A DNA stretch of 32,000 bases from Candidatus Nitrosopumilus koreensis AR1 (GCF_000299365.1 NC_018655.1:1020001-1052000), one strand, 5' to 3'. Positions 24,750 through 31,923 are shown, counted from the stretch's first letter. Program-made: numbers and translations. The notes: generated from the sequence alone by a model not told the origin.

Positions 24750-25139
24750 ATGCAAATCAAGATCATGGAAATCAAAGGGATGTACATGCTAAAGACATCA
24801 GAATTTACCGAGGAAAAAATTCAAGAGTCACTCAAAATGTTGTATGCAGACAGGCAAAACGAGTTCCGCACGATATCTGAAGTATTCTTGGGAAAAGACA
24901 GATTGAATCAGACTCCAGAATGGAAGGAATTTGTGTTGAATTTTTGTCTGGACGTAGAGGACTCTTTTAAGACATGGTCTAATCAAAAACAGCCATCTAC
25001 AACATCACCCCAAAAAGCCCTGACAATCCTAAGACAGATAGGCAATGGCATGACATCCATGAACCAACTAACGCACATACTGAATCTTGCATTCAACATA
25101 TCAAAGGAGTTCAAAGAGATTTACAGACGTTTGAAATGA
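24750..25139 (+). CDS. Hypothetical protein (129 aa or shorter)
   Basis: Open frame with several candidate ATG starts (MQIKIMEIKGMYM). No recognisable domain. Confidence 0.45.
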   Translation: MQIKIMEIKGMYMLKTSEFTEEKIQESLKMLYADRQNEFRTISEVFLGKDRLNQTPEWKEFVLNFCLDVEDSFKTWSNQKQPSTTSPQKALTILRQIGNGMTSMNQLTHILNLAFNISKEFKEIYRRLK

Positions 25140-25390
25140 TGATTCAAAAACATGTTAGTTTGATTAATGTTGGTTTAGATTAACTGTTTATTGTTAAATG
25201 AAGATTTGTGTTTCAGAAAAGATTTACAAGACAATATTGTCTTACGAGTAAGGCCAACCAGTAACCACGTAGTTTGCTCACTAAACTTGCTCCAATTAAA
25301 AAATAATTTTCAAATTATAAAAAATCAGATAAAATGAGAAAAGAGGACTAGTCTTTAACATCCAAACATGATTTCACAGTTTGGCTTTGA

Positions 25391-25520
25391 GAATTAGTGA
25401 AAAAAGTGAAAAAGCGTGAAAAAAGCGTGAAAATCAGGTAGTGTTCTATGTTAATTCACGTTTTTCACATTTCACAAAAATTTCCTATAATATAGGGGGG
25501 TTTTGTGAAAATAGTGACAA
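25391..25520. repeat. GTGAAAA iteron-like array (4 direct, 3 inverted, 2 direct copies)
   Basis: GTGAAAA starts at 25397, 25406, 25416 and 25427 (9-11 bp spacing). Inverted TTCAC/TTTTCAC copies lie at 25455-25475. GTGAAAA at 25505 and GTGACA at 25514. The palindrome CCTATA-A-TATAGG lies at 25484-25496. Confidence 0.6.
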
Positions 25521-25640
25521 ACATTTTTTGAAAAATAGATTCAGATTTTTTCTTATTAAATTGAAACAGAAATAATACATCGACGTGCGACGTTATGCAT
25601 ACGCGAAAAACTAATGGCTTTTAGTTTTCAAGTATTTCAA

Positions 25641-25832
25641 TTAAGAAAGACATCGTTTATCTTTTAAATCATTTAATCTTCTCGTATTCAATCTGAATTT
25701 CATAAATTCAGGTTTTTTGCTGCAAAGTTCACACAGATGCCAAACATCATCTTTTTGCAAGGATCCAGTGTCAAATTTCACTTCAATGGTTTTTGAGTGA
25801 CTATCATCGCAGACAAAGTAATCATCTATCAA
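25641..25832 (-). CDS. Small Cys-containing hypothetical protein (63 aa)
   Basis: ATG ORF with 'VCDD...HLCELCSKK'. It lies next to the iteron-like region. Confidence 0.35.
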   Translation of the reverse strand: MIDDYFVCDDSHSKTIEVKFDTGSLQKDDVWHLCELCSKKPEFMKFRLNTRRLNDLKDKRCLS

Positions 25833-25956
25833 ATATCAAACCCTCCAGTTGCAATATTGGTGATGAAGTACCTACTGACTCAAGAAAAGAGGTCAGGGAG
25901 ACACATGAGCAAGAGCAGTCATTCATCAAGTACTAATGGACAAAAAATTGGGAATA

Positions 25957-25974
25957 ATGTCCACATGTGGACAT
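25957..25974. repeat. Perfect 18-bp palindrome ATGTCCACATGTGGACAT
   Basis: Self-complementary over all 18 nt. It lies in the gap between 25832 and the 3' end of the ABC ATPase gene. Confidence 0.7.
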
Positions 25975-26142
25975 ACCTTGCAATTTCAACATATTTGATC
26001 ATAAATAGAGCAGTTAACCAAATGACTGATTCTCTATGAGAGAATTAAATCAAATTTGTTATGATTTGAGCAGCACCATCCAAATTAAATTCTGGAAATA
26101 AGATAATTTCTAAGACGAGGTTCTTCTATTTGATGCGAATCT

Positions 26143-28074
26143 TCATTTTAATTCGGATTTAGTACTTATCCAATCTAAAGGAATTAGTTTTTCCCCATTT
26201 CGCCATCTCTCTCTAATACATGATTGGAATTTTGTATCAGCAGGTTCTGCATGTTCTGTTATGATGACTTGCAATTGCCCTTTTGATTCCTCTACAGTGT
26301 TAAAAATCAAATTAAAGACTCTTGCTAATGATTTTTCATCATCACTACTGAGTTGTTTGGTTTTTACTGATTTGTCTTGTGGATAATAAACCTGAGATGG
26401 TTGATCAAAAATAATGAATCTGGGAACGGGTCTTGAATGTTTTCTAAAAAACTGATGTAGAGCTAAATGTGTAATTATATGATACCCCATCCAATTTTTC
26501 CCACTTCCCGTATTTCTCAATGAAATTGGATTGCCATCTCTTTCTATAATTAGAGTCAATTTGTTTAAATCAAGTTTTATAGGGTATTCTGAATGTTCTA
26601 ATTCTAATTCTCGTGACCACTCTGTCATGAGATCGCTAATTTCATTCAGCGCTTTTTTCGTTTTACGTTCAATTAGACTATCATCAAGAATCTTCTCAAT
26701 TTCCTCAATTTTTGTTTTTGTTTTTATGGTGTTTTTTAATCCTAAATTCTCATCTGATGCATCCACATTTTCTAACCAGAATTTGATTTTTCCAATAATT
26801 TCAGATTTCATCATTTGAATATTTCTTAAATCCTGTTCTTTTTGATGGTACTTTAAAATTGAATTAATTTGTGTGAGCAATTGATTTCTGTCAAAAATTA
26901 TTTTTTCACGTTTATCTTCTAATGAATTCAGATATTTTTGAATATGGGGTTTTTCTTTTTGTGTCCCTTCAAGAGATTTTGCTAAATCTTGAATTGAATT
27001 GTTGATTGAATTAACTTGAGAAATTTTTGTTTTTAGTTCACTTTCACATAATGGACACACAGTAGAATCATGTTTCAATATGTCAAAAAGTCCTAAAGTA
27101 TCTAAGCGTTGTTTTTGAAATTCCATTTCTGTAGCATATGATGCAATCTCCTCATGAGCTTTTTTTAGGTCACTAATTTTTTCATCTAGATAAGATAATT
27201 CCTTATCTGTTTTTTTGATCTTTTCTTGTAATTCAAACAGTCGGCTATCTTTAGGTAAATCTAACGACTCAATTTGAGATTTAGCTGCTTTTTCAAGAAT
27301 TTTTTGATTGTGTTTTATGTCTCCTAATTGGGTATTTGAAGGAATAAGCCCATATTCTTTGGCCTCTGCAATTAATCCAATAGTTTTTGATATGCCTTCT
27401 CCACGAATTGACGCATATTCTTTTTCCTCTTGTTCTAATCTAAACAACTCTCTTCTAATTTTCATTAATTCAAATTCCAACATCATTAGATTGTCTGGAA
27501 TTGCTCCAAGAAAATATGGGGTTACCACGGATAATGTTTTAGGAATCCATTCTTCATCTTGTCTATGGAATAAAATTTTCTTTGAAGCTATTTCTGACTG
27601 ATATTGAAAACAAAATAATGAACTATGGTTAAAATTTACAGAAATTGGGACATTCATATTTTTTGAGATAGAAAGTTTTAGTTCAGAGGGAATACCTATC
27701 TCTGAAGTTAGTTTGTTGCGAACTACATCTGTTGTGATATTTTCATGAGGGGTTTTAGAAGGAGATGTTAATTTTGCATTTTTTTCAAAATATGCTTTTG
27801 TAGATGAATTTTTTCCAGGATTGGGATTTTTACGAGCAATGAAAATTCTTTCATTTTTCATTTGAAGCAGTACTCCATACCAATCAACAGTTTCTCTAAT
27901 TGGGCCTGCAGGAATTGTACATGTGTCGCTTCCAAAACAATATTCAAGTATATCTACTAAAGATGATTTTCCAGTTGTCGAATCTCCAGTGATGATGTTT
28001 GTTGCCCCTAAATGAAATTCTACTTTTCTAATTTTTCCATTTTTTCCATATAGAACAATTTCTTTTATTTGCAT
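26143..28074 (-). CDS. ABC-3C system ATPase: coiled-coil SMC/Rad50-like ABC ATPase (DUF3732-type)
   Basis: Walker A 'ITGDSTTGKSS'. A long charged coiled-coil insert has a central 'CPLC'. 'NTGSGKNW' is signature-like. Walker B/D-loop is 'RFIIFDQPS'. H-loop is 'VIITEHA'. Confidence 0.8.
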   Translation of the reverse strand: MQIKEIVLYGKNGKIRKVEFHLGATNIITGDSTTGKSSLVDILEYCFGSDTCTIPAGPIRETVDWYGVLLQMKNERIFIARKNPNPGKNSSTKAYFEKNAKLTSPSKTPHENITTDVVRNKLTSEIGIPSELKLSISKNMNVPISVNFNHSSLFCFQYQSEIASKKILFHRQDEEWIPKTLSVVTPYFLGAIPDNLMMLEFELMKIRRELFRLEQEEKEYASIRGEGISKTIGLIAEAKEYGLIPSNTQLGDIKHNQKILEKAAKSQIESLDLPKDSRLFELQEKIKKTDKELSYLDEKISDLKKAHEEIASYATEMEFQKQRLDTLGLFDILKHDSTVCPLCESELKTKISQVNSINNSIQDLAKSLEGTQKEKPHIQKYLNSLEDKREKIIFDRNQLLTQINSILKYHQKEQDLRNIQMMKSEIIGKIKFWLENVDASDENLGLKNTIKTKTKIEEIEKILDDSLIERKTKKALNEISDLMTEWSRELELEHSEYPIKLDLNKLTLIIERDGNPISLRNTGSGKNWMGYHIITHLALHQFFRKHSRPVPRFIIFDQPSQVYYPQDKSVKTKQLSSDDEKSLARVFNLIFNTVEESKGQLQVIITEHAEPADTKFQSCIRERWRNGEKLIPLDWISTKSELK

Positions 28075-28562
28075 TATGGTTTTACTCCCAATGATGAATA
28101 AATTGATTCAATTTTTCTCGTTTTTGCAAACCAGCGTCCTATAGTTTCAGCTTTTTTAAAACATTCAGTTTTTTCATCATGTACATCATCTATGGTGTCG
28201 TTAATTTGATAATTCAAGACAGTTATTGACGCGTTATTATCTAATGAAATTTGATTTTGTTCTAACAAAAACCAAAATGAATTTTTTGTTACAGGAACCA
28301 AATCTTTTGCAATTTTATGAAAATGTATCAAAATTTCTGAATTCATATTTAACCAATTTGAGAAATTTTGACGTGAACCATATTCAATTTTTTCCCTAGT
28401 TTCTTTATGCAAAACTAACGGAAGTATTAGGAATAAGAGTGGAAAAGGCATGGGTCTGGTGGAATATTTTGTATATTTTTTGACACATCTGCGCAAAATT
28501 TCTGCACAGAACGCAGGATTAAAGAGATTGAAAATCTCTCGTGATTCATTCGTTTGATTCAT
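28074..28562 (-). CDS. ABC-3C middle component
   Basis: 162 aa. 'FNPAFCAEILRRCV...MPFPLLFLILPLVLHKETR' resembles the ABC-three-component middle-component families. TAATG overlap with the ATPase start and a 17-nt overlap with the effector end. Confidence 0.6.
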   Translation of the reverse strand: MNQTNESREIFNLFNPAFCAEILRRCVKKYTKYSTRPMPFPLLFLILPLVLHKETREKIEYGSRQNFSNWLNMNSEILIHFHKIAKDLVPVTKNSFWFLLEQNQISLDNNASITVLNYQINDTIDDVHDEKTECFKKAETIGRWFAKTRKIESIYSSLGVKP

Positions 28563-29181
28563 TTTTATCCATTTTCGAAATTTTAGTTTTGTAATCTGGA
28601 TGCCATCCTATTTCTTCTTTATCCGACAGTATCTGAAAAGTGCCACGTCTAACAAAAGGAGATTTACATAATGGTCTTATACACAATGCATCAGTTCCAT
28701 AGTTTGCCCATTGAAGTAATTCTCTACCCCGAGATTTTTTGGTATTGTCATGGGAATTATTATCTAAAGATTCTTCCATCTCGTCAAATCTTCGTTCCCA
28801 TTCTGTTCTCAATAAATTATCAAATTTTTTTAATTCATCAAAGAATATCAATTCATTTCTAATCCACTTTGATCTATGCTCACTAGCAAGGTAGAAGTCA
28901 CTCTTGCAATGTCTTTTCGTGTTATCGCCTACAGAAATCCAATCTAATTGTTTTACAAAAGTTCTGTCATCATTAGGCAAATCTTTATCAGATATGGCTG
29001 ATTCGTCAAAATAAATTGGTAAATTATCATTAGTGTATTTTCTAGATATGTCTAAAATTTTTTCTCTAACTTCATTTTTAGATATATTTCTAGATATTTG
29101 CCCCGTCAATCTAAGCAAAACTTCTCCCCACCACCAACCAAGTAATTCATCATACAAATCATTAATTCGGTTAGGAATCAC
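28546..29181 (-). CDS. C-terminal part of the ABC-3C effector (ABC-3C C-terminal domain)
   Basis: 'FVKQLDWISV...ASEHRSKWIRNELIFFDELKKFDNLLRTEWERRF...RRGTFQILSDKEEIGWHPDY'. The track start is GTG. The frame continues upstream after correction of a homopolymer. Confidence 0.65.
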   Translation of the reverse strand: MIPNRINDLYDELLGWWWGEVLLRLTGQISRNISKNEVREKILDISRKYTNDNLPIYFDESAISDKDLPNDDRTFVKQLDWISVGDNTKRHCKSDFYLASEHRSKWIRNELIFFDELKKFDNLLRTEWERRFDEMEESLDNNSHDNTKKSRGRELLQWANYGTDALCIRPLCKSPFVRRGTFQILSDKEEIGWHPDYKTKISKMDKNESNE

Positions 29182-29326
29182 ACTATAATCAAGACTTGAA
29201 ATAATTGCTTTTTTATTTCATTAATTTTTGGGTATGTGTCTATGATGTAGATGTTATCTAATAGACTAAATTTTTGATAATCATCTAGCTTGTTAAATTT
29301 ATCATAATGCTTTTCATGAGAAACAT

Positions 29327-29761
29327 CTATTTTTTTCGCGATTTCATTAATTTTTTTAAAACTGATGCAGTGTCTCTGTTTTCAGGACGTAAGTTAGTTA
29401 AGACTGAAGAATCAGAAATTTTTTGCGTAGTGATTATCATCAACATTGTGTCTTGTGGTCTCAGTTTTTTTTCAAAATATGCTTCACTCCAATTTCCCAA
29501 GGTGTTCCAAAAATCTGTACTGGAATTGGTCAATTTCCCTTTGTCATCCTTGTGGTGTTTGGTTTCTATCCCAACAATAATTTGTTCATCTTTTATGAGG
29601 GACACATCATCAAATTTTTCCAAAGCAATTTCAGTATTTTCGTTACTTTTCAACAATAAAGACAATGCAAAATATGCCTCGTAAACATACCCTACAAAGG
29701 AATCACTTGCGTCAATTTTTTTCATTGTTTGCATGCTATCATATTCATAAAATAATTGCAA
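29327..29761 (-). CDS. N-terminal part of the ABC-3C effector: Cap4/DUF4297-like PD-(D/E)xK nuclease domain
   Basis: 'FVGYVYEAYFALSLLL...IALEKFDDVSLI...IVGIETKHH...LTNSSTDFWNTLGNW' shows the D...ExK restriction-endonuclease-fold signature. The ORF ends at an A7 run. Confidence 0.65.
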   Translation of the reverse strand: MQLFYEYDSMQTMKKIDASDSFVGYVYEAYFALSLLLKSNENTEIALEKFDDVSLIKDEQIIVGIETKHHKDDKGKLTNSSTDFWNTLGNWSEAYFEKKLRPQDTMLMIITTQKISDSSVLTNLRPENRDTASVLKKLMKSRKK

Positions 29762-29821
29762 GTACTTTAACTTGATTGCATCTCAATCTTAGTGTTTTAT
29801 GTAGAGACTTTAACCAATTCG

Positions 29822-29844
29822 AAAATTCTCCTTAAGAGAATTTT
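29822..29844. promoter_or_regulatory. Inverted repeat AAAATTCTC-cttaa-GAGAATTTT between the integrase 3' end and the ABC-3C operon start
   Basis: 9-bp perfect arms with a 5-nt spacer. It lies 61 bp upstream of the effector start and 12 bp downstream of the integrase stop. Confidence 0.4.
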
Positions 29845-29855
29845 AAATACAATTT

Positions 29856-30998
29856 TTATTTTTGATTTTTATTTTCTTGTCTTGCAATCCAGTTCAAAAT
29901 TTTCTCATTATCTTCTTTGATTTGTTCAAGTTCAGTTTTTTCTGATTTTAATTTCTCGTTTTCAACACGCATTCTTTCATCATCAGATATAGTCAACAAT
30001 GGAATTGCCTTTTGATATTCAGAAAATCTCTCAAAATCATCTTCCTGATATCGCTCATAGTGAGATTCCAAGCCTACTTTATGACCCATCATATCCTCTT
30101 TATCCAAAAAATTTACCTTGGCACGTCTCATCATGGTGTTAAAATATTTTCGAAGACCATGTGCTAGCATAACCTTGTGGCGTTTCTTACCGGGTTCTAA
30201 CGGAGGTCTCAATCCAGCCTTTTTAGCAAGTGTGTTCATTCTTGATTCCATACCTCTTTTGCCTATTCGTTTAGGATCATGAATCCTAACTGAAATAACA
30301 AGAGGTTCAGAGTCTTTAGGATATCTCATGAATCTAGATTTCCAATATTCTTTGTACAGTTGCAGATACTTTCCAGCTTCTGGTGTAAAGTGAGTCCAGT
30401 ACTCTTCATTATCACCATGATAAACTCTCAGAGCACCGCCTTTCAATGAATTATCATCATTGTAAAAGAACAAGACATCTTCCCACGTGAAATAGTCCCA
30501 TGCCTCAATTCTAAATCCTGCTGAAGAAGAAAGCGTTATCATGATTTTATCAACAAGGTTTGTGGCATTTGCCATTAACATTTGAAGTTGTTCTCTAGAG
30601 TATGCCATGTCTTTTGACTTGCCGGGTTTTGGAATGGATTTTCCTATCATCTTCCATGAAAAGTCAATATCGTTTGCAGCAAACAATGCCTTGATTGGTT
30701 TGATTAAATTCAAAACTCTTGCAGGAGAAATCTCTTTAGAATCTACTTTCTTTTTTAATTCTCTAACATATGCATTGATAATTGATTTGCCTATCTTTAC
30801 ATCGTCTCTAACAAGAGCAACAAAGGCTTCTGTTTTGTCAGTAGTGTCAATCTTTTTTTCTTCAAAAATCTTGTCTGGAATTAAATCAAGAAACTTTTGT
30901 AGATCATTTGTGTATTTTTTGCGAGTTTTTTCATTTCTGATATAATCTAAAAAATTCTGAAAAGCAGACGATTTTACATCAGAAATATCTAATTTCAT
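29856..30998 (-). CDS. Tyrosine recombinase / phage-type integrase
   Basis: 'SSAGFRIEAWDYFTW' (Arg I region), 'LAHGLRKYF' (HxxR), 'MMGHKV' and 'SHYERY' (Tyr). The ATG at 30998 (MKLDISDVKS) is preferred because the track start at 31094 runs through the att repeat. Confidence 0.85.
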   Translation of the reverse strand: MKLDISDVKSSAFQNFLDYIRNEKTRKKYTNDLQKFLDLIPDKIFEEKKIDTTDKTEAFVALVRDDVKIGKSIINAYVRELKKKVDSKEISPARVLNLIKPIKALFAANDIDFSWKMIGKSIPKPGKSKDMAYSREQLQMLMANATNLVDKIMITLSSSAGFRIEAWDYFTWEDVLFFYNDDNSLKGGALRVYHGDNEEYWTHFTPEAGKYLQLYKEYWKSRFMRYPKDSEPLVISVRIHDPKRIGKRGMESRMNTLAKKAGLRPPLEPGKKRHKVMLAHGLRKYFNTMMRRAKVNFLDKEDMMGHKVGLESHYERYQEDDFERFSEYQKAIPLLTISDDERMRVENEKLKSEKTELEQIKEDNEKILNWIARQENKNQK

Positions 30999-31033
30999 AC
31001 ATTCTATAGAACTTGGGGCTATTTTAGTAAGTA

Positions 31034-31055
31034 AAATACAGGAGAGCCGACTAGT
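31034..31055 (+). repeat. Right copy of 22-bp direct repeat (candidate attR core)
   Basis: AAATACAGGAGAGCCGACTAGT, identical to 4541-4562. It lies 36 bp upstream of the integrase ATG. Confidence 0.8.
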
Positions 31056-31136
31056 CTCCCCCGCCCTCAGATCATAAGACCTGATGAACAACATACATTA
31101 CAAAATTTGTATAAAAACACAAAATAATTTTTGAGC

Positions 31137-31589
31137 CTAAAATCCCAACAAAACAGACTCACCGGTTAAAGAATCAAAGAATAGTTTTCCGGCTGCAATC
31201 AAAATAACCACAGATACTAGAATCTGCAGATATCTCTCCTTAACATCAATAGACAATCTTGCACCAACCAATCCTCCAATAAAAGAGCCAATTGCCAAAA
31301 ATCCTGCTTGAAGAAAATCAGGATGCCCCAAAAGACTGTGAACGATTACTCCAGATAATGAAGCAAACAACAAGATCATCTGCGAAGTTGGAGCAGCTTT
31401 CTTCATGGCCATTCCCATGCCGACAACCATCAATGGAACAAACACAATACCACCACCTATTCCAAAGAAAGAAGAGATTATTCCTGCAAAAAAGCTGGCA
31501 CCTATTGCAAAAACCATCATTTGTGCAGAGACTTTTTTTTCTTTTGTTTCAATTTTTTTTTCGCAAGAAGATGTATGCAGCTGATGCAA
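31137..31589 (-). CDS. TauE/SafE (DUF81) family permease, C-terminal half
   Basis: 'FFAGIISSFFGIGGGIVFVPLMV' is the second GxGGG repeat of the family. The real start may be the internal MMVFAIGAS, or the gene may be fused to 31549..31923. Confidence 0.7.
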   Translation of the reverse strand: MHQLHTSSCEKKIETKEKKVSAQMMVFAIGASFFAGIISSFFGIGGGIVFVPLMVVGMGMAMKKAAPTSQMILLFASLSGVIVHSLLGHPDFLQAGFLAIGSFIGGLVGARLSIDVKERYLQILVSVVILIAAGKLFFDSLTGESVLLGF

Positions 31590-31923
31590 TCAATACAAAA
31601 CCAAATAAAATTTTAAAAATGTCAGGAGCAACATCACTTGAAATAATTGCCCCAAGAACAGTTCCAGGAACTGACAACAGCCCAAGTTTTAACCCCAAGG
31701 AATATTCTATTCGTCTTTGCCTAGAATATGAAACAGTGGATGCAACAGCATTACTTAGAGCAGCAAAGAGACTATTGCTTGCAGCAGCAATTGGCGGAAA
31801 TCCTAAAAATGTTAAAACAGGAACTACAATTATTCCTCCACCCAATCCAATCATAGACCCCAACACTCCTGCTGCAAATCCCAAAAGAATTAGCCATAAT
31901 TGATCAATCATCGTATTTGCCAA
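31549..31923 (-). CDS. TauE/SafE (DUF81) family permease, N-terminal half
   Basis: 'LGFAAGVLGSMIGLGGGIIVVPVL' is the first GxGGG repeat. It ends inside an A9 run and overlaps the next ORF by 41 nt. Confidence 0.7.
   Translation of the reverse strand: MANTMIDQLWLILLGFAAGVLGSMIGLGGGIIVVPVLTFLGFPPIAAASNSLFAALSNAVASTVSYSRQRRIEYSLGLKLGLLSVPGTVLGAIISSDVAPDIFKILFGFVLIASAAYIFLRKKN

Larger units (their letters stand above)
28546..29761 (-). pseudogene. Reconstructed single ABC-3C effector gene interrupted by two single-base homopolymer frameshifts
   Basis: The third frame is open across the whole 145-bp gap (KIDVSHEKHYDKFNKLDDYQKFSLLDNIYIIDTYPKINEIKK...). Adding one A at 29330-29336 and one at 29209-29214 joins all three pieces. 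Confidence 0.65.
4541..31055. mobile_element. Putative integrated element / composite genomic island bounded by 22-bp direct repeats, with integrase at the right end
   Basis: Exact repeat AAATACAGGAGAGCCGACTAGT at both ends, a tyrosine recombinase 36 bp inside the right copy, accessory-type cargo, and an internal degenerate att-like site at 16651-16694. Confidence 0.65.

Noticed and set aside
25391-25520. A CRISPR array
   Set aside because: The repeat units are only 7-9 bp with 9-11 bp periodicity and mixed orientation, and there are no spacer-sized unique segments. No cas genes are present in the window.
25797-26039. 80-aa plus-strand ORF
   Set aside because: It overlaps the 5' end of the minus-strand ORF 25641..25832 and contains the 18-bp palindrome. 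Its composition is low-complexity with no recognisable features. It is probably non-coding.
4541-31055. Calling the kinase, effector and TauE genes genuine pseudogenes as evidence of island decay
   Set aside because: All the breaks are single-base homopolymer length differences with intact downstream frames. Sequencing error cannot be excluded from the sequence alone, so decay is not asserted.
31034-31094. A tRNA or tmRNA gene as the integration target at the att core
   Set aside because: The reconstructed empty site contains a GGAGA/TCTCC hairpin and a TCAGG/TCTGA stem. However, the loop lengths are 9 and 8 (or 6) nt. There is no 7-nt anticodon loop, no GTTCRA T-loop, no acceptor-stem pairing and no D-loop GG. 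The target appears to be intergenic.
30999-31094. The 32-aa N-terminal extension of the integrase (MLFIRSYDLRAGETSRLSCILLTKIAPSSIEC), and an SSV-type integrase split by its own att site
   Set aside because: The extension is simply the reverse translation of the att repeat and flanking core DNA. A good ATG (MKLDISDVKS) follows, and the catalytic domain is intact in one ORF. The repeat therefore lies upstream of the gene, not within it.
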